From contig JBITNC010000001.1 of assembly GCA_050084985.1 (NCBI GenBank), positions 151,280,001 to 151,344,000 on the forward strand: a DNA stretch of 64,000 nucleotides, in the 5' to 3' direction. Positions 1 through 12,248 of the stretch are shown here, piece after piece. Numbering within the stretch: position 1 is the first letter of the stretch; each line of letters starts with the position of its first letter. Both the position numbers and the translations under genes were made by a program. The notes under the pieces were generated by a model that saw only the letters and a list, made by a program, of their open reading frames with translations, was not told the DNA's origin and did no database searches. The DNA is from Nageia nagi. Taxonomy: Eukaryota > Plantae > Pinophyta.

Positions 1-535
1 TTTTAAGAGTTCTCATGATGACCTCTTGATTGATGCATCGAATCATGCTTATTTGACCACACTCCCTAGCCTTTAGGGACTCGTTAGATCACTTCCTTCT
101 TTTCACCATCATGGGTGGCATGTATCTAACTACCAGGAGCGACCTACATGAGACTTTAGAGCTAGTTGAGCATGCATTCCCTTCTTCCTCCTCATCTTCC
201 TGCTCCTCCTTTCTGTCTCTCTTTGTAATTCGGAGTGGCTCCTCCTTGATTGCCCCTTCTTCATTGTATCTCTTCTAGCTAGAGGCACAAAATTTAGGAG
301 TTTGACCCCCACTTGTACTTTTGTCTTATTAGTATAGGTTCTATGTTGGACCACTTTGGGCCTTGATTGGTATTTTTGGCATTCATGTACTATCTAGTCC
401 CATTGGTCGCTTTTGGTCAGCCTTGGACATAATATATTTTATTTCTTTTCTTTTCTTTGTAGTGATTGCACTGTAGCTTCTACAGGAGATTCATCTAGAG
501 ATTCTTCTGTCACTTCTATGGGTACTTCAATTAAG

Positions 536-830
536 GAGTTAGCCTCCAAATCTAATAAATAGGTTTTCGATTTCTTACATTTGTGCCTCAATATCCATCT
601 CCAATCATGGTTGTAACAAAGCCCTTTAGCTGTGCATGTTTCCATTTTCTCTGATGATAACCTCTTGACAAAAGGCTATAATGAAGTAGTTAGCCACCAA
701 ATCTAATAAATAGGTTTTCTATTTCTTACACTTGTGCCTTAGTATCCATCTCCCATCATGGTTGTAACATAGCCCTTTAGTTGTGTATGTTGCCATTTTT
801 CCTGATGATAACCTCTTGACAAAAGGCTAT
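536..830. repeat. Tandem duplication (~145 bp unit, period ~151) of the gag zinc-knuckle segment
   Basis: 536-679 and 687-830 align end to end (…ccaaatctaataaataggtttt…gataacctcttgacaaaaggctat). Confidence 0.9.
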
Positions 831-2236
831 TTAGATATTGTATTAGTCAAATTTGCTAATTAGTTTGTTATTAAATGGATTGTTGGTCTTTCCTTGCATG
901 TTGCATTTCCCTCCAGCTAGCTTGGCCAAGCCCACAACTTTCATCCAAATGTTTGGGTTAAATATATGTACCATAATTTTGATATCTTCCCACCAACTAA
1001 TGAAGTAACTATCAAAGAAACTGCCAAGCAATTCCATGGTCATATTGGCCAACTTCTTAAAGGAAGCAATATAAAGTACTAGTTTGGTGTAACTTGGTTA
1101 AAGCACCAACAAAATCTTTAAATTTCTAGGTCCAAAATGGTTAAATTTCTAGGTCCAAAATGGGTAAGGAGTTGGTTTTTGAATTGTGTCCAGTTTAAGA
1201 TGGCATGTGTCTTTTTTTAATCCATTGGTACCATTGGTCCACCGCATGATCCTAGTAAAATGTCACTATGTAGACTTTTTTTATTAGAAGGGGTTTGGTG
1301 GAGGTCAAATAATTCTTCTGCTTTTATAAACTAGTTTTGAAAGTTTTTTCCATCAAATTTCAGGAATTCTATTTTTGAGAACCTAGCAATTTCGCCTAAG
1401 GAGCTTCGCCCCATGAATACTTCCTTCTTTGTTGACTTCTTTTGTTCTTGTCGACCATTGGACTCCTCTTGGTGGGGTCTAGGAATCTCAAAGTTAGGTT
1501 TCTATTGGTTAACCTTTGATTGCTTGAAAAGATCATCAGTGCTGCTTCTTGGATGTCACATCATTGACTGAGTTGTCTTGAACTTTCAGAAATCTTGAAA
1601 ACATGGCAACCACATGTCTATTTTTCATTTAGGGTGGTGACATGTGTCAACTATTCATCTTGTTTCTGCACTCTGACGTCTATTTTAGTAGATTCTCTAG
1701 CCAAATAAGCCATGGGACCAACTAGGGTATTATTGGGTTCGGAAAAAACTTATCAAGAAACTGTGTCAAAATGATTGTCTTTTTGAGGGGATAGTAATTG
1801 GCTAGCTTTTCAATAAGTGATTTGATTTTGGGTCGTGAAACATTTTTTTTGCTAGAGCCAAGTGTCTGGTGTTTGATAATGAACATAATCATTTTTTAGT
1901 ACATATTTAGGTTGGTTACCTCTAGCTTTTGAGGGTGACTATTTGCACAACCATTTGATATAGTATTGAAACCTAATAATAGAACCTGGCCCAATATATT
2001 GGAGCTCTAACCCAAGAGGGATGTTGATTGTATCCTTTATCATACTACTTGTCTTTCTCAAGTTTCCAAGAGTGGTCTTTCTAGGGAAGTATTCTCAACA
2101 CATTGCATAATACAAGTCAACAATTTTTCTAGAGCTAAATTCTGGTCCTAATTCTATCAGGGTATCAAGATATACTTGAAGATATGTGGGAGCTTAAGTT
2201 CATATACATGTTTTGTTTGAGGTAGGGTATTTGTAC

Positions 2237-2480
2237 TTTTTTGTTTTCGCACCTTACTTCACACTCAACTTGCAGGGCTAACAAGCTTAGCCAAGAATAA
2301 TAGGACTTGCAATATTTTAAGACCCTTGACTCATGAATTTTAACATAGACCTGCAGTGAAATGTTCTTTTTTCTTTTGCACCCCACTTCACACTTGACTT
2401 TAAGGGCTAGCATGTTCAGCCAATAATGATAGATCCTTTGAAATTTTAAAACTCTTGGCATAATATTTTAGCCTAGAACT
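2237..2480. repeat. Two diverged ~129-bp tandem units in the 5' leader of the gypsy element
   Basis: cacttcacactcaacttgcagggctaacaagcttagccaagaataatag vs cacttcacacttgactttaagggctagcatgttcagccaataatgatag; also visible as a repeated peptide in ORF 2165..2461. Confidence 0.7.
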
Positions 2481-3253
2481 TTATGGAAGTAAAACAAAAA
2501 ATAATAGAATACAAAAGCCTTTGGTAAAATAGAGGTTATTGCTTTGATGTCATACCATCATTGGTAATGGTAGTATTATTAGGCCTTGGAAAGAGCTTCG
2601 ATACCACTTGTTACAACCTTGCAAAGAAAAATATTATCTACTACAATCTATACAATATAAAAATAAGTTTAGAATATAAGCATTGCAACTATATCTAAGA
2701 AATTGGAAACGTAGAAATACATAAATGCAAATGACAGAAAATAAGATAACTTCTTTATATTATAGTTGGCCTCTTTTAGGATGCAGCCTCCAAAATGGGT
2801 AGAGCTCCAAATAGAATACTTGACAATGGTTATCTCTACTTTCATAGATTATTTTTCTGATATTGTAAATTTTCATTATCACACCATTCTCCCAAAGCCC
2901 CAAACCTTAATCCTATCCTTAACATATCATTTTGGGTTGGGAATATAACATTACAAAGTAGCATAAGATATATAAATTTTGAACATTAGAAAGTCAGATT
3001 ATTACATAATGCAGGCATAGGTGGTTTTATAACATGTTATCTCCCAAGATTTTTGTGTTGTATTTTTATCTAAATTAGCAAATAGCTCCTTGTTACCAGT
3101 CCTACGAGGACCTAATTTGAAATGAAGAATCGAGGGTCTAGGCACTACTTTCTTGCTATGGAGGTCAATCAAACATGATGATGAGATCAACATATGCCAA
3201 TCCAAACATTAAGAGACATGCTATGGAATATAGAATGAAAATATGCAATTTGG

Positions 3254-4060
3254 TGACTATTCAGTTGACCAAAAACCCTGTGTAGCATGGGAGGTCAAAG
3301 TACATAGATTTAAGATATCATTTTGTTAGGGACATGAGTCAAAAGGGTGAGGTTGAAATGGGATTTTGTGGTGCACAAGAGCAACTTGCAGATATCTTTA
3401 CTTACAGAGTGGCTAATCAGGAGTTTTAGAATTTTACGAGATAGGATTGTAAGCCCCTTCAACATTAAGGGGGAGAATCTAGATATGGTGATGTCAAGTC
3501 AACCAGCTCTGCCATCTTAGCAATAAGTTACTGCACCAGTTTTACATAAAAAATATGCTGCTATATGTACTATTGGAATGTTTTCTAAATCATTTGATTG
3601 ATCACTTGTCAGAATCTCTGTATTGTGGTCGTAGTTTTAGAGAAAATGGAAAGACACTTTATGTAACTGTTTAGAGCATCTCATATTCAGTACTTAGTAG
3701 TGTTAGTAGTTTCCTTCAGTTGTAGCATCAAATATGTAGTTTTTATTTAGTAAAAACTAAAAAGTCAATGTAGCTCATGTAAATTTATAACTTGTAGGAA
3801 TAGTTGGTAGGAGAATCTAGAATGTGTAATTCTCATGGAAGACCAAGTAGAGATACATAAAATAGCTATAGAACACTGTATCACATATGAGAGGTTGATC
3901 TAATTAAAATTTTCTTACTTATTTTTTTGGTTCATACTCGTGTTTTTTGGCAAGTAAGAACTGTGTGACTGTGTGTTATCTTTCTTCAACTATTAAAGGG
4001 TGTTCATACCTGAGTTCACACTTGTATACATGTATGGGAGGTCATAGGATCTTGGCAACA
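3254..4060 (+). mobile_element. 3' end of a decayed Ty1/copia element (RNase H C-terminus, PPT, 3' LTR)
   Basis: IQLTKNPV*HGRSKYIDLRYHFVRDMSQKGEVEMGFCGAQEQLADIFT; PPT ATTAAGGGGGAGAA ~3464-3477; LTR-like segment ending GGCAACA at 4060 (right boundary approximate). Confidence 0.75.
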
Positions 4061-6053
4061 TAGTTCTTCCATATATTTATTAAGTGCTCCAAAAATGGTT
4101 TTTGTTGAAGTACTTCCATATCAAGAATATCTAGCTTGACTTGATGCTTATAAAACATACCAATCTATTGTTAAGTTTACTGGCCTATAAGATACACGAT
4201 TTGAAGCCATTGTGCCTACATTACTTAAACCTGGCTGCTTAGAACTTCTTCTTAACATATTTGAAGTAATTCCATTGGGTAATCTGATGATGATCATCCT
4301 CCGTCATCTTTGAAAACAAACAGTTAATAGTTATTATGTCACTAAATCTAGGATGGATTATTCCATTTGAATTTCACTAGGTGATTTTTGGTACTGAATT
4401 TGCATACGCTTGATTTTACAAGTGTATGTTTGAAAATTTCTCCTAATTTCTCGCATCATCCTGATCTTATTCATATACCTTGTGGCAAGAATATTGTCAA
4501 GGGACCTTGCATTTATCAGTTACTACAATGCATCAACCTCTTTTTAATTTTTCAAATATATTTCGATTGGATCAGAACTTGATTGTTACATTTTGTTGTT
4601 GTTTTTGCCCCCTTTAGTGAGCAACAAATGTGATAGTGCACCAAGAAGCTAACAGAACTATTATTTAGGCGAATTTGTTGCTGATATGGAGAAGAAAACT
4701 AGTGGAGTGGTCTATGCATGGATCTTTGATGTCTAATTTGACACTAGCCCAACCTTGAAGGGAGTATTAGATTTAATAAGGGTAAAAGATGTAAACCCTT
4801 TAAACGACTTGATGTCGACATTGTCATTGATGATCTCTGATATCTAATCGTTTGAACAAATAAAAACAACACAAAGAGATTGCTGAAATGTACACACTGA
4901 ATGCCAGCATATATGTACACATGCACTCCAACGGATAGGTTGAAATTACGAAGGATACACAAGGTAGGTTCTTGAAGATAAGAAAACAAGAAGTTTTTAG
5001 AGGACCTACTAAAAACATTCAAAATGTGTAGGATATACAATTAAACATTATAAATTTAATCAGTACATGTGACTAGAATTATAGTGTACGACTATTTGTC
5101 ATCAATATCCCATGTAGCTTGTGACCATTTATAATCATTTTGTCTTATTCGTTTATATTGCCAGAAGCTGACTAATATCATCATAAATTCAGAAAAGTTT
5201 TGAAATTTCTAATTATATTGATATTTATACAAGTGACCGCAATTCATTTGCATGCCATTATCATGATTTATGCGTGTAAAGCATGATACATGTGTGTGCA
5301 CACACAGCATGATCATCAGATATAGTGCGCATGGATTTACATATTGGCCATTTGTTTTGTGGTTTCTCCTCCTTTGTAGTTTAGTTTTCGCCTATGTGAA
5401 TTCTATTTGTCTGAATCATTGATACCTTTGATAAGGGGTCCATTGAGCTTTCTTTGTCTTTATTGAGCTGGGTGAATTTCCTCGGTCTTTAAAGCTATCC
5501 TTTATATTTGTTATGTATGAGTAGTCTGTGAGCAGCTTTCTGATTGATCAAAATCAGACTTTGTCTTTTGTAGCTGTCCGTCTTGAGAAAATGCATGATA
5601 ACTTGTTTAAAAGCAAACAGTTTTCTATAACAGTGGTCAGCCCTTGTCGGTTAGAGATACTATTTATGATTGCTTAATGATGTAATGTGGATTACCATCG
5701 GGTTGAGTGTTAGGCTTATACCTTGTTTGACAGTTGTATCATTTTATATAAAATTAATCTGTCTTCATAATCGGTAGCATAAATGTTTTTATATCCATGT
5801 AAGTCCAAGAGAGGAAACACATTTTTATTTATAAAATTTTCATTCAAAGGTCCTACAGTATTCTTTGAATTTCAATTATATACAACTATCTTAATTTATG
5901 AAATGCACATGGAGATACTTGGTAATAAGCCATTATTTATTTTTGTATGTAGGAAGTCATGAAGCACAAAATGCATGTTTTTCCTTTTGCGGTGCAAAAA
6001 AATCCAGTAATACTTTATTTCTAACTTTGTTTCCATCATGTTTTGATGAGCAG

Positions 6054-6215
6054 GTCAGCGTAGAAGTATGTTTATACAGACTCAGTCAACTCCTAATCCC
6101 TTATCTCTGATGTTCAATCCTGGAAAACCAGTAATGGATGTTGGCAGTGCAGATTTCCCAAATGCTCGTGCAGCAATGACTTCCCCTTTGGCAAAGGCAC
6201 TCTTTGGTATTGATG
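6054..6215 (+). CDS. NFU4: NifU-like protein (mitochondrial NFU4/NFU5 type), first exon visible in window (internal exon, phase 1 on both sides)
   Basis: CAG acceptor 6051-6053, GT donor 6216. Translates (G)[54 protein letters not shown], the Nfu_N domain start of plant mitochondrial NFUs. Confidence 0.95.
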
Positions 6216-7182
6216 GTAGGAAACAATAACAAACATCTTTACAATAATTATAAGTACAACAGTTACAGCAAGTCAAAATGGTAAACATTTTCAGCCAAAA
6301 AATAGCCTGTGGTCTCTTAGTCAACATAGCAATAAATATGGTCAATGAAAGATAAAAAAATGTAAATGCATTAGCTGGCCAATGTCCTTTAAGTTTGTTG
6401 ATGTCAATGTCAGCTGAATTAAAATCAGTAGTAAATACTAAAGCTTATTGTTGATCCCCTTCCATGCTTTATTGTCCTTAGTGTTTTAAGGAGAGAAAAT
6501 CCACTTGAACAGGGCATACAGTGAAGCTATTTTATGATATTCATATATAACTCATGAGAAAATTTAGGTTTGGTGTAGCTCAAATTTTAGTTGGTAATAC
6601 ACCTGTAATTAATGCTAGGTTGGCCATGAGAGAAAAAGTAGACTTGCTTATACTCACAAGCAAATAATGTTTGTGTAGAGGTATTTAGCAACCCTATCCA
6701 TAAATGTATCCTGATGGTCTATTGCAGGTTCTAATCTGAAACGTTTATTCTTATTGTTTGATGCAGACTGCTTTTCAAGTAACTTTGCATGTAATTGAAT
6801 GTTATAATTGAGTCTTAAACATAAACAATATATAATGTTGAGGTAGACCTGTGAGCGTTAGTGTCAGCCATCACTATGTGTGGTTTGTGTTTTGTTTTAC
6901 GATTCTGGACTTAGGCTGCTCTCTAGGAGTTTTAATGCCCAATTGCATCCTTATGTTGTGGAGGCCTATTTATAGTTGTAACTTGTATCAGGTTTGAGGA
7001 AAGCTTTAATGTGAAAATTTCCTATCATTCCCGTTATTATAACTTGCTTGTCTTTAGGTTTTGGAATATGTTTTAGTTGTTGCTCACTGACTCTTTTCAA
7101 CGGTGGTTTTGCTTCTTAAGCTCTGGTTTGAAATTGATAGTGTTTTTTCATTGATTCATTCTTGTTTATTGTGCATTTTCAG

Positions 7183-7358
7183 GTGTTGCACGTGTTTACT
7201 TTGGATCTGATTATGTAACAGTATCTAAAGCAGAGGAGGCATCATGGGATGTTTTAAAACCTGAAATTTTTGCAGCAATTATGGATTTTTATTCATCAGG
7301 ACAACCTTTATTTTATGACTCCAAAGTGGGAGCTTCCAAGGATACTTTCATTACAGAG
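7183..7358 (+). CDS. NFU4: NFU4-like coding exon (Nfu_N domain remainder)
   Basis: ttttcag acceptor, GTAATT donor. Translates VARVYFGSDYVTVSKAEEASWDVLKPEIFAAIMDFYSSGQPLFYDSKVGASKDTFITE, in frame with previous exon. Confidence 0.95.
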
Positions 7359-7719
7359 GTAATTCTAGAAATAATTTCTAATTCTTCTGAAAGAAAAAAC
7401 ACAATGTTTTCTTCTGATGAGGAAACTCAATTGACTAATATGTAATGGAGACTGTTGATTTTCTTCTATAATGAATATCTGTATCGATGTTATGGAAGAT
7501 GATGATAATGGAGGTCAGTAGCAAACATTAAGGAATTGAGTGAAACAATTATGCAAGGAAGCTTATTCTTTTCACTATGAACAAGGTTGGAAAATGGGAA
7601 GAAGCAGTTCAACTTTTCCTAAATTGAAGCATCAGCTAACAATAATCAACTAAAATATAGAGAATTTGATAATTCAGAGCATAATCAATTAATATGTAAT
7701 GGTTGGACTGATTATTATT

Positions 7720-10590
7720 CTTGGTAAGGGTAAAATTATAGTGGGTTTTTTATACAGAAACCCAAAGCCTGTATTTACAAAATTCCATCAGATTTTTAGT
7801 AGAGTATCAAAATGTAACAACATTACATACACCATCCTATGCATCCCAGTCTAGTGAACCTAGGGTGTTAGTCTTGCTATGGCTACTGGAGGCCTCACCA
7901 AACCCCACTATTTGCATATAACTGTCCATGTCAAGCGGCTTATGACCTATGACTGGATCTGTTTTACTCAGATCCATGAAGGCCCACATGGCTGTGATTT
8001 CTGCCTTAGTAAAGTCCTTATCCTCCTGCAGTGGTTCCCCCAAGGGGACATCTTCCAAATTTGCTGTAGCTATGGTCATTGCCCAATGTTTTGATCTGAT
8101 TTTCCTTTTTGCATATTCTTCATCAAAGTGGATCTGCTCTGCCTTTCTGAGGGCACACAGCCACTCCTAGTTGAAACCCATGCAACATGTCATCTTTTTG
8201 AAGAAGAAACGAAATCCCTTCTTTTTTATCTGCTCTTCGGCTGCTGCTCTCATCGAATTTCCGTTGGTTCCTCATGAACAGGGTCCTCCTTGTTGTTGGA
8301 ATTCTCAGAGCTTGATGACATCCACCTACGGTTGTGGGACTTCTCCTTTAAATTGAACCTCCTCTTCAGAGTGCAGGAGAGTTCGTAAAGGGGAGATTGC
8401 AATGCAAATGGGAGAGTTAGAAGATGAGGAAGGCAAGATAATTGGGAGAGAGGGAGGGTTGGTGGGTCTGAAGGGGGGTGAGAAGAAACATGTGAGGGGA
8501 TGGGGTACAATGGAGGTGATAGTGATGGTGGAGAAGGTGGGTTGGTGGAGGTGATGGGAGTTGTGGAAGCAGAGGAGGGGATGGCGAATGGTAAGCAAGG
8601 GGAGGCGAGTGCCACTTGCCATAAGTGAACGTAGCCCCTTCACATACAAAGTTAACTATGATCTTTATCAGTCCTTGGTGAATGGGAATGCAACCCCTAT
8701 TCCTTCTGATATAGATATCTAGAGAGTGAAAGAGGAAATGGGGGAGGTATACTTCAAAATTTCCATGGAAGTGGGACAACAATCTAATATAGACCTCCAT
8801 GTATCGGCCTTCCAAAGTAAACAATCTAATAATGGCCTTAGTGACCTCATCCTATGGGTAGGCAATAGTATTCGTCACATACCTATACTTTCTTTTGGTT
8901 GGCATTTGCTTCCAGGTCCTAGAAATTTTTGAACATCCTCCTTGGGTGCCCTTGTTTCTCTAGAATGTTTTAGGCCTGAGTTCTTCATCCTTTTGACAAC
9001 AACTATCAGTTCACCCTCCCTTCATCCTAAGAGTCTGCAACTTGGCGAGACCAACTTTCATTGAATTCTTGCAGAGCATTAATGAATCCTTTGATGCCTC
9101 CTTTGCACAAAATTTGCCATACCACTTCATCTTCTTTGAATACATCTCCATTTTCTGGTTCTAGGCATTTTTGGCCTTTCATTTTGCTAGGACACTTGCT
9201 GAGTAGAGTGTATTTGGGCAGCAGCACTTGCCGTAGTAAATACATGCATGCACCACCTTTTTCGAGGGATCCCAACCTTCCATTTGTGCCATTGATCAAG
9301 GGTGTCGAAGTCCTCAATCCATGTGTTTGCTATGCTCACTTAATGAGGTGGCACCTTACATGTGCCCACCCATGCAAGTTTATATTCCTGTTTCAAGCCC
9401 ATGTGATACTGTACTTACTGCCCCTTCCTACAGTTGGTTAGACTGATAGTTTCCCATGTGTATTATTTGAAGATTTAGAGCCTGGACTATGATATTAAGA
9501 GATGATCTATTTCTACTTGTCTTAATAAAGACAAAAGTGATATTCTAATTTTGGAAAAGAAACTAAGCTAGATTCTGCTTGGATGGAGTCTGATAGACTT
9601 TGAAATTGTTTATAATGTACTTTTAAAAGTCTACCACATTATATTCCAATTTTCTGCATTGTTTCAAAATATTGATTGGTCTCTTTCTTTGCAAGAATTT
9701 GGTCAAAATTGTAACTTCTAAATTTGAATATATGTTAGGTAAACAACTTAATCTTAAATATATTATGAGCACTTCATGGTATAAAGCTGTCAATATCCAA
9801 AGTTATGACATAAATTGAATTATGAGCTGCTGCTCAAATATGCAATGCAAAAACACTATTATGGAAAATTAAACCTCAAAAGTTAGTGAAAAGGCTTTGA
9901 AAGATTTCAAACAAGCGTACCGTCTTTTTTAGAGGAAAGGCAAACAACACAGATATGAATCTTGGTAGACTTATGATGTGCTTACGACAAGTGTTTGAAG
10001 GGGATGCATTTCCTACCCTTGGGAGCTCTCCCTTTGCCCCCAATCCCAAAGGGAACTTGAAGACGTGTCCTTTGTGTCTTACGATATTGTTGTTTTCTGT
10101 TTTCATGATATATGAAATTTGAATTAATGTGGATGTTTGACTATTTCATGACTCATCATTGAAATACACTTCCAGGAATGTAGCATCATTCATATATCAT
10201 CACAATGGAAATGATAAACACGACATGTTTCCTAGATACACATGATTATACGAGAACAATATCATATAATAAATACAAAAAGGATCATTTCATCAAAATA
10301 AAAATACATAAGAAGAGAAAAGCATCAGGTATGGAATGACCTGCCATACTCTTTCAAGTTTCAACCCTAGAACTAACTTGAGAGGTTAATTACAAAATCC
10401 ATTGTTCCGAGTAGTACAAAAAAAGAGCCTAAAATATAAGCAGAAGTAAATTTCAAATCCTACAGTGGCCAATGGAAGTATGTTTTCCTGAAGGATGTAC
10501 AATTGGGATCCCTATCCAGGAGTGATTGAACTTCAGCCTATAACTATGTTAGTTTTATACGTCAGGCAGCAGGCTATATCATGATGTAAA
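7720..10590 (-). mobile_element. Decayed Ty3/gypsy (Tat-like) 3' region: integrase tail plus downstream extra ORF
   Basis: Minus strand ~10450-10535 reads KFNHSWIG…LQENILPL (GPY/F-like). Extra ORF pieces 9027-9200 (MKGQKCLEP…VWQILCKGGIKGFINALQEF) and 8417-8824 (FTLEGRY…RLLSHF…LPHFLFHSL…HQGLIKIIV), then a Pro/Ser-rich and basic tail. Boundaries approximate. Confidence 0.6.
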
Positions 10591-10807
10591 GGAAGTTGTC
10601 AACAAGCAAGTTAAGTATCTAGAAGAGAAAGGATATATACAACCTTTCAAATCTCTTATTGGCACATTTTTCCTTTGTGAACAAGAAGGGAAAATCCATA
10701 AGGATGTGTAAAGAGTTATTGATTAAGAAGGAACAATAAGAGATGAATATCTTTGATAATTCAAGTAGAAATAGCAATGTCATTTGCTCAAGTTTCCCCT
10801 CTTCCTA

Positions 10808-12248
10808 TGTAATGACTCAAAATGGTGGGTCCTAGGTCATGAGCATTTTATCACAATCTCAAATTTTGAGAAATCTCACAAAGAGGATAACTTTCGCCAC
10901 AAGCGTTGGATTGCCAGTTTGTTATCTGAAATGGATAGAGAATATCCCGCCAATCGTTTTGACATGTTACACGACAAGGTTTAGTCAAGAAATGATGACT
11001 AAGTATGGAATTAGGAAGTTGAGTTTAAGTGAAAGAAGGGAACCCGGGTCAAGTTCGGATTCGAGCAAGTGTAAGGAAGCCTCCAACATGCCCAGCTCAT
11101 GACTCAAAAAGATAATTTTTTTTCTTTTTTTGGCATGCGCCTGGAAGAGGAAGTCGTACGGGTTGAAATCGTGGTCAAGCAAAGCAAATTGAGACATCTT
11201 AAGGCTGAGCACATGAGAATAAAAGACAAGTTCTTGTCTTTTTCTGGTGTGCACTTGACCAAGAAGAAGAACAAGATGAAGTTTTGGGGTAAAAAGGACA
11301 ATCTGGTTCTTCCAGAGACCCAGCGCATGCCTCTAGAAGACAAAATCTTGTCTTTTTCTGGCATGCGCCAGTGAGCCAAGGGCATACAGGTCGAGCTTAA
11401 GGTGAAAACTGGCTAAGGCATGAACATTCAAGTCCAACATCAAACACAAAAAGGTCCAGGAGGGCTGGCGCATTCTCCGAAAGACAAAATTTTGACTTTT
11501 TGTGGCATGTGCCTAGCCAAGGAGAAATTTTGGCTAAGTCTTGTACTTAAAGGCTTGAAAAAAGCTAATCTGGGCAAAAGAAGGCAAGTGCACCAGAAAA
11601 ATGACAAAATCTTGACTTTTTCTGGTATGCACTCAAACAGAAGCAACTGGGAAGGCTGGTGCAGCCGAAAGAAAGACAAAATCTTGACTTTTTGTAGCAT
11701 GCGCCCAGCCTGAGAGGCAAGATTGAAGCAAGAATTCTTGTACCTCTGATCTTGCTTATAAATGACCCTCCCCTTTGTATTGAATGCTTCAGAATTATCT
11801 TTGCATCTGTAACATACCTGAATGAATGTGTACATATTTTTTTCCATCAATTGGCTTGGGCGTGCGATCTAACTAAAGTTAGAAAAGAGATTTTATATAT
11901 TTTGGTCACTCCCAGAATTGTGTAGCACTTGTTCACCTGCATTTTGGATCATCGAAGCCATTGTATTAGATGGAGCTGTAGTTGGTATTCATGGTAATAG
12001 AGGAATTTGGATCTTATTAAGCTAGGAATAAATCCTGAGCACGTCTTAAAGCTGAGTATATCTAATAAGTTTATTGATATAAACTTTTCACATGCCCCTG
12101 TTTTACGTAGATGTTTCAGGGATAGTCTGATGAAATCTTTATTTCTGTCGCATCCTACTCGCCTTCCTGATACTCAAAATTGAGTTCATTGTATTATTAT
12201 GCTATCTCAAGTGTTAAAATGGAAATTGCATCTCGTATAATCCCAACA
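10808..12248 (+). mobile_element. Probable solo LTR (~1.44 kb), short relative of the 28498-34296 insertion
   Basis: Starts TGTAATGACT, ends CCCAACA; homologous to 28498-29600 including the palindrome array; TATA-like CTTATAAAT ~11755. TSD only partly matches (TCCTA/TCCGT), so ends are tentative. Confidence 0.6.
11095..11705. repeat. Array of 6 interspersed ~46-bp imperfect palindromes
   Basis: Consensus GCGCATG-n-AAAAGACAA-AATC-TTGTCTTTT-n-CATGCGC; best copy 11323-11368, others start ~11095, 11207, 11467, 11587, 11658. Confidence 0.9.

Larger units (their letters stand above)
1..2950 (-). mobile_element. 5' part of a decayed Ty3/gypsy LTR retrotransposon (5' LTR, PBS, gag), continuing left of the window
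   Basis: LTR-like 2609-2950 bounded by TGTTA...TAACA; degenerate tRNA-Met PBS (TGGTATCGAAGCTC on minus) at 2593-2606. Minus-strand gag remnants: QWYQWIKKR..NWTQFKNQLLTHFGP (~1150-1235), DIKIMVHIFNP..VGLAKL (843-1052), zinc-knuckle-like AKGLCYNHDWRWILRHKCK (439-645). Confidence 0.75.

Noticed and set aside
8250-8649. Extensin/Pro-rich host gene
   Set aside because: Low-complexity linker of the retrotransposon extra ORF.
10839-10964. Gypsy RT-like peptide (…VGLPVCYLKWIENIPPIV)
   Set aside because: The DNA resembles the start of the 28498 LTR, so the peptide similarity is probably chance; only ~10615-10760 looks like a true RT scrap.
11095-11705. CRISPR array (palindromic repeats with spacers; also 28793-29584)
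   Set aside because: Eukaryotic LTR context, degenerate repeats, irregular spacer lengths, spacers homologous between the two arrays rather than acquired, and no cas genes.
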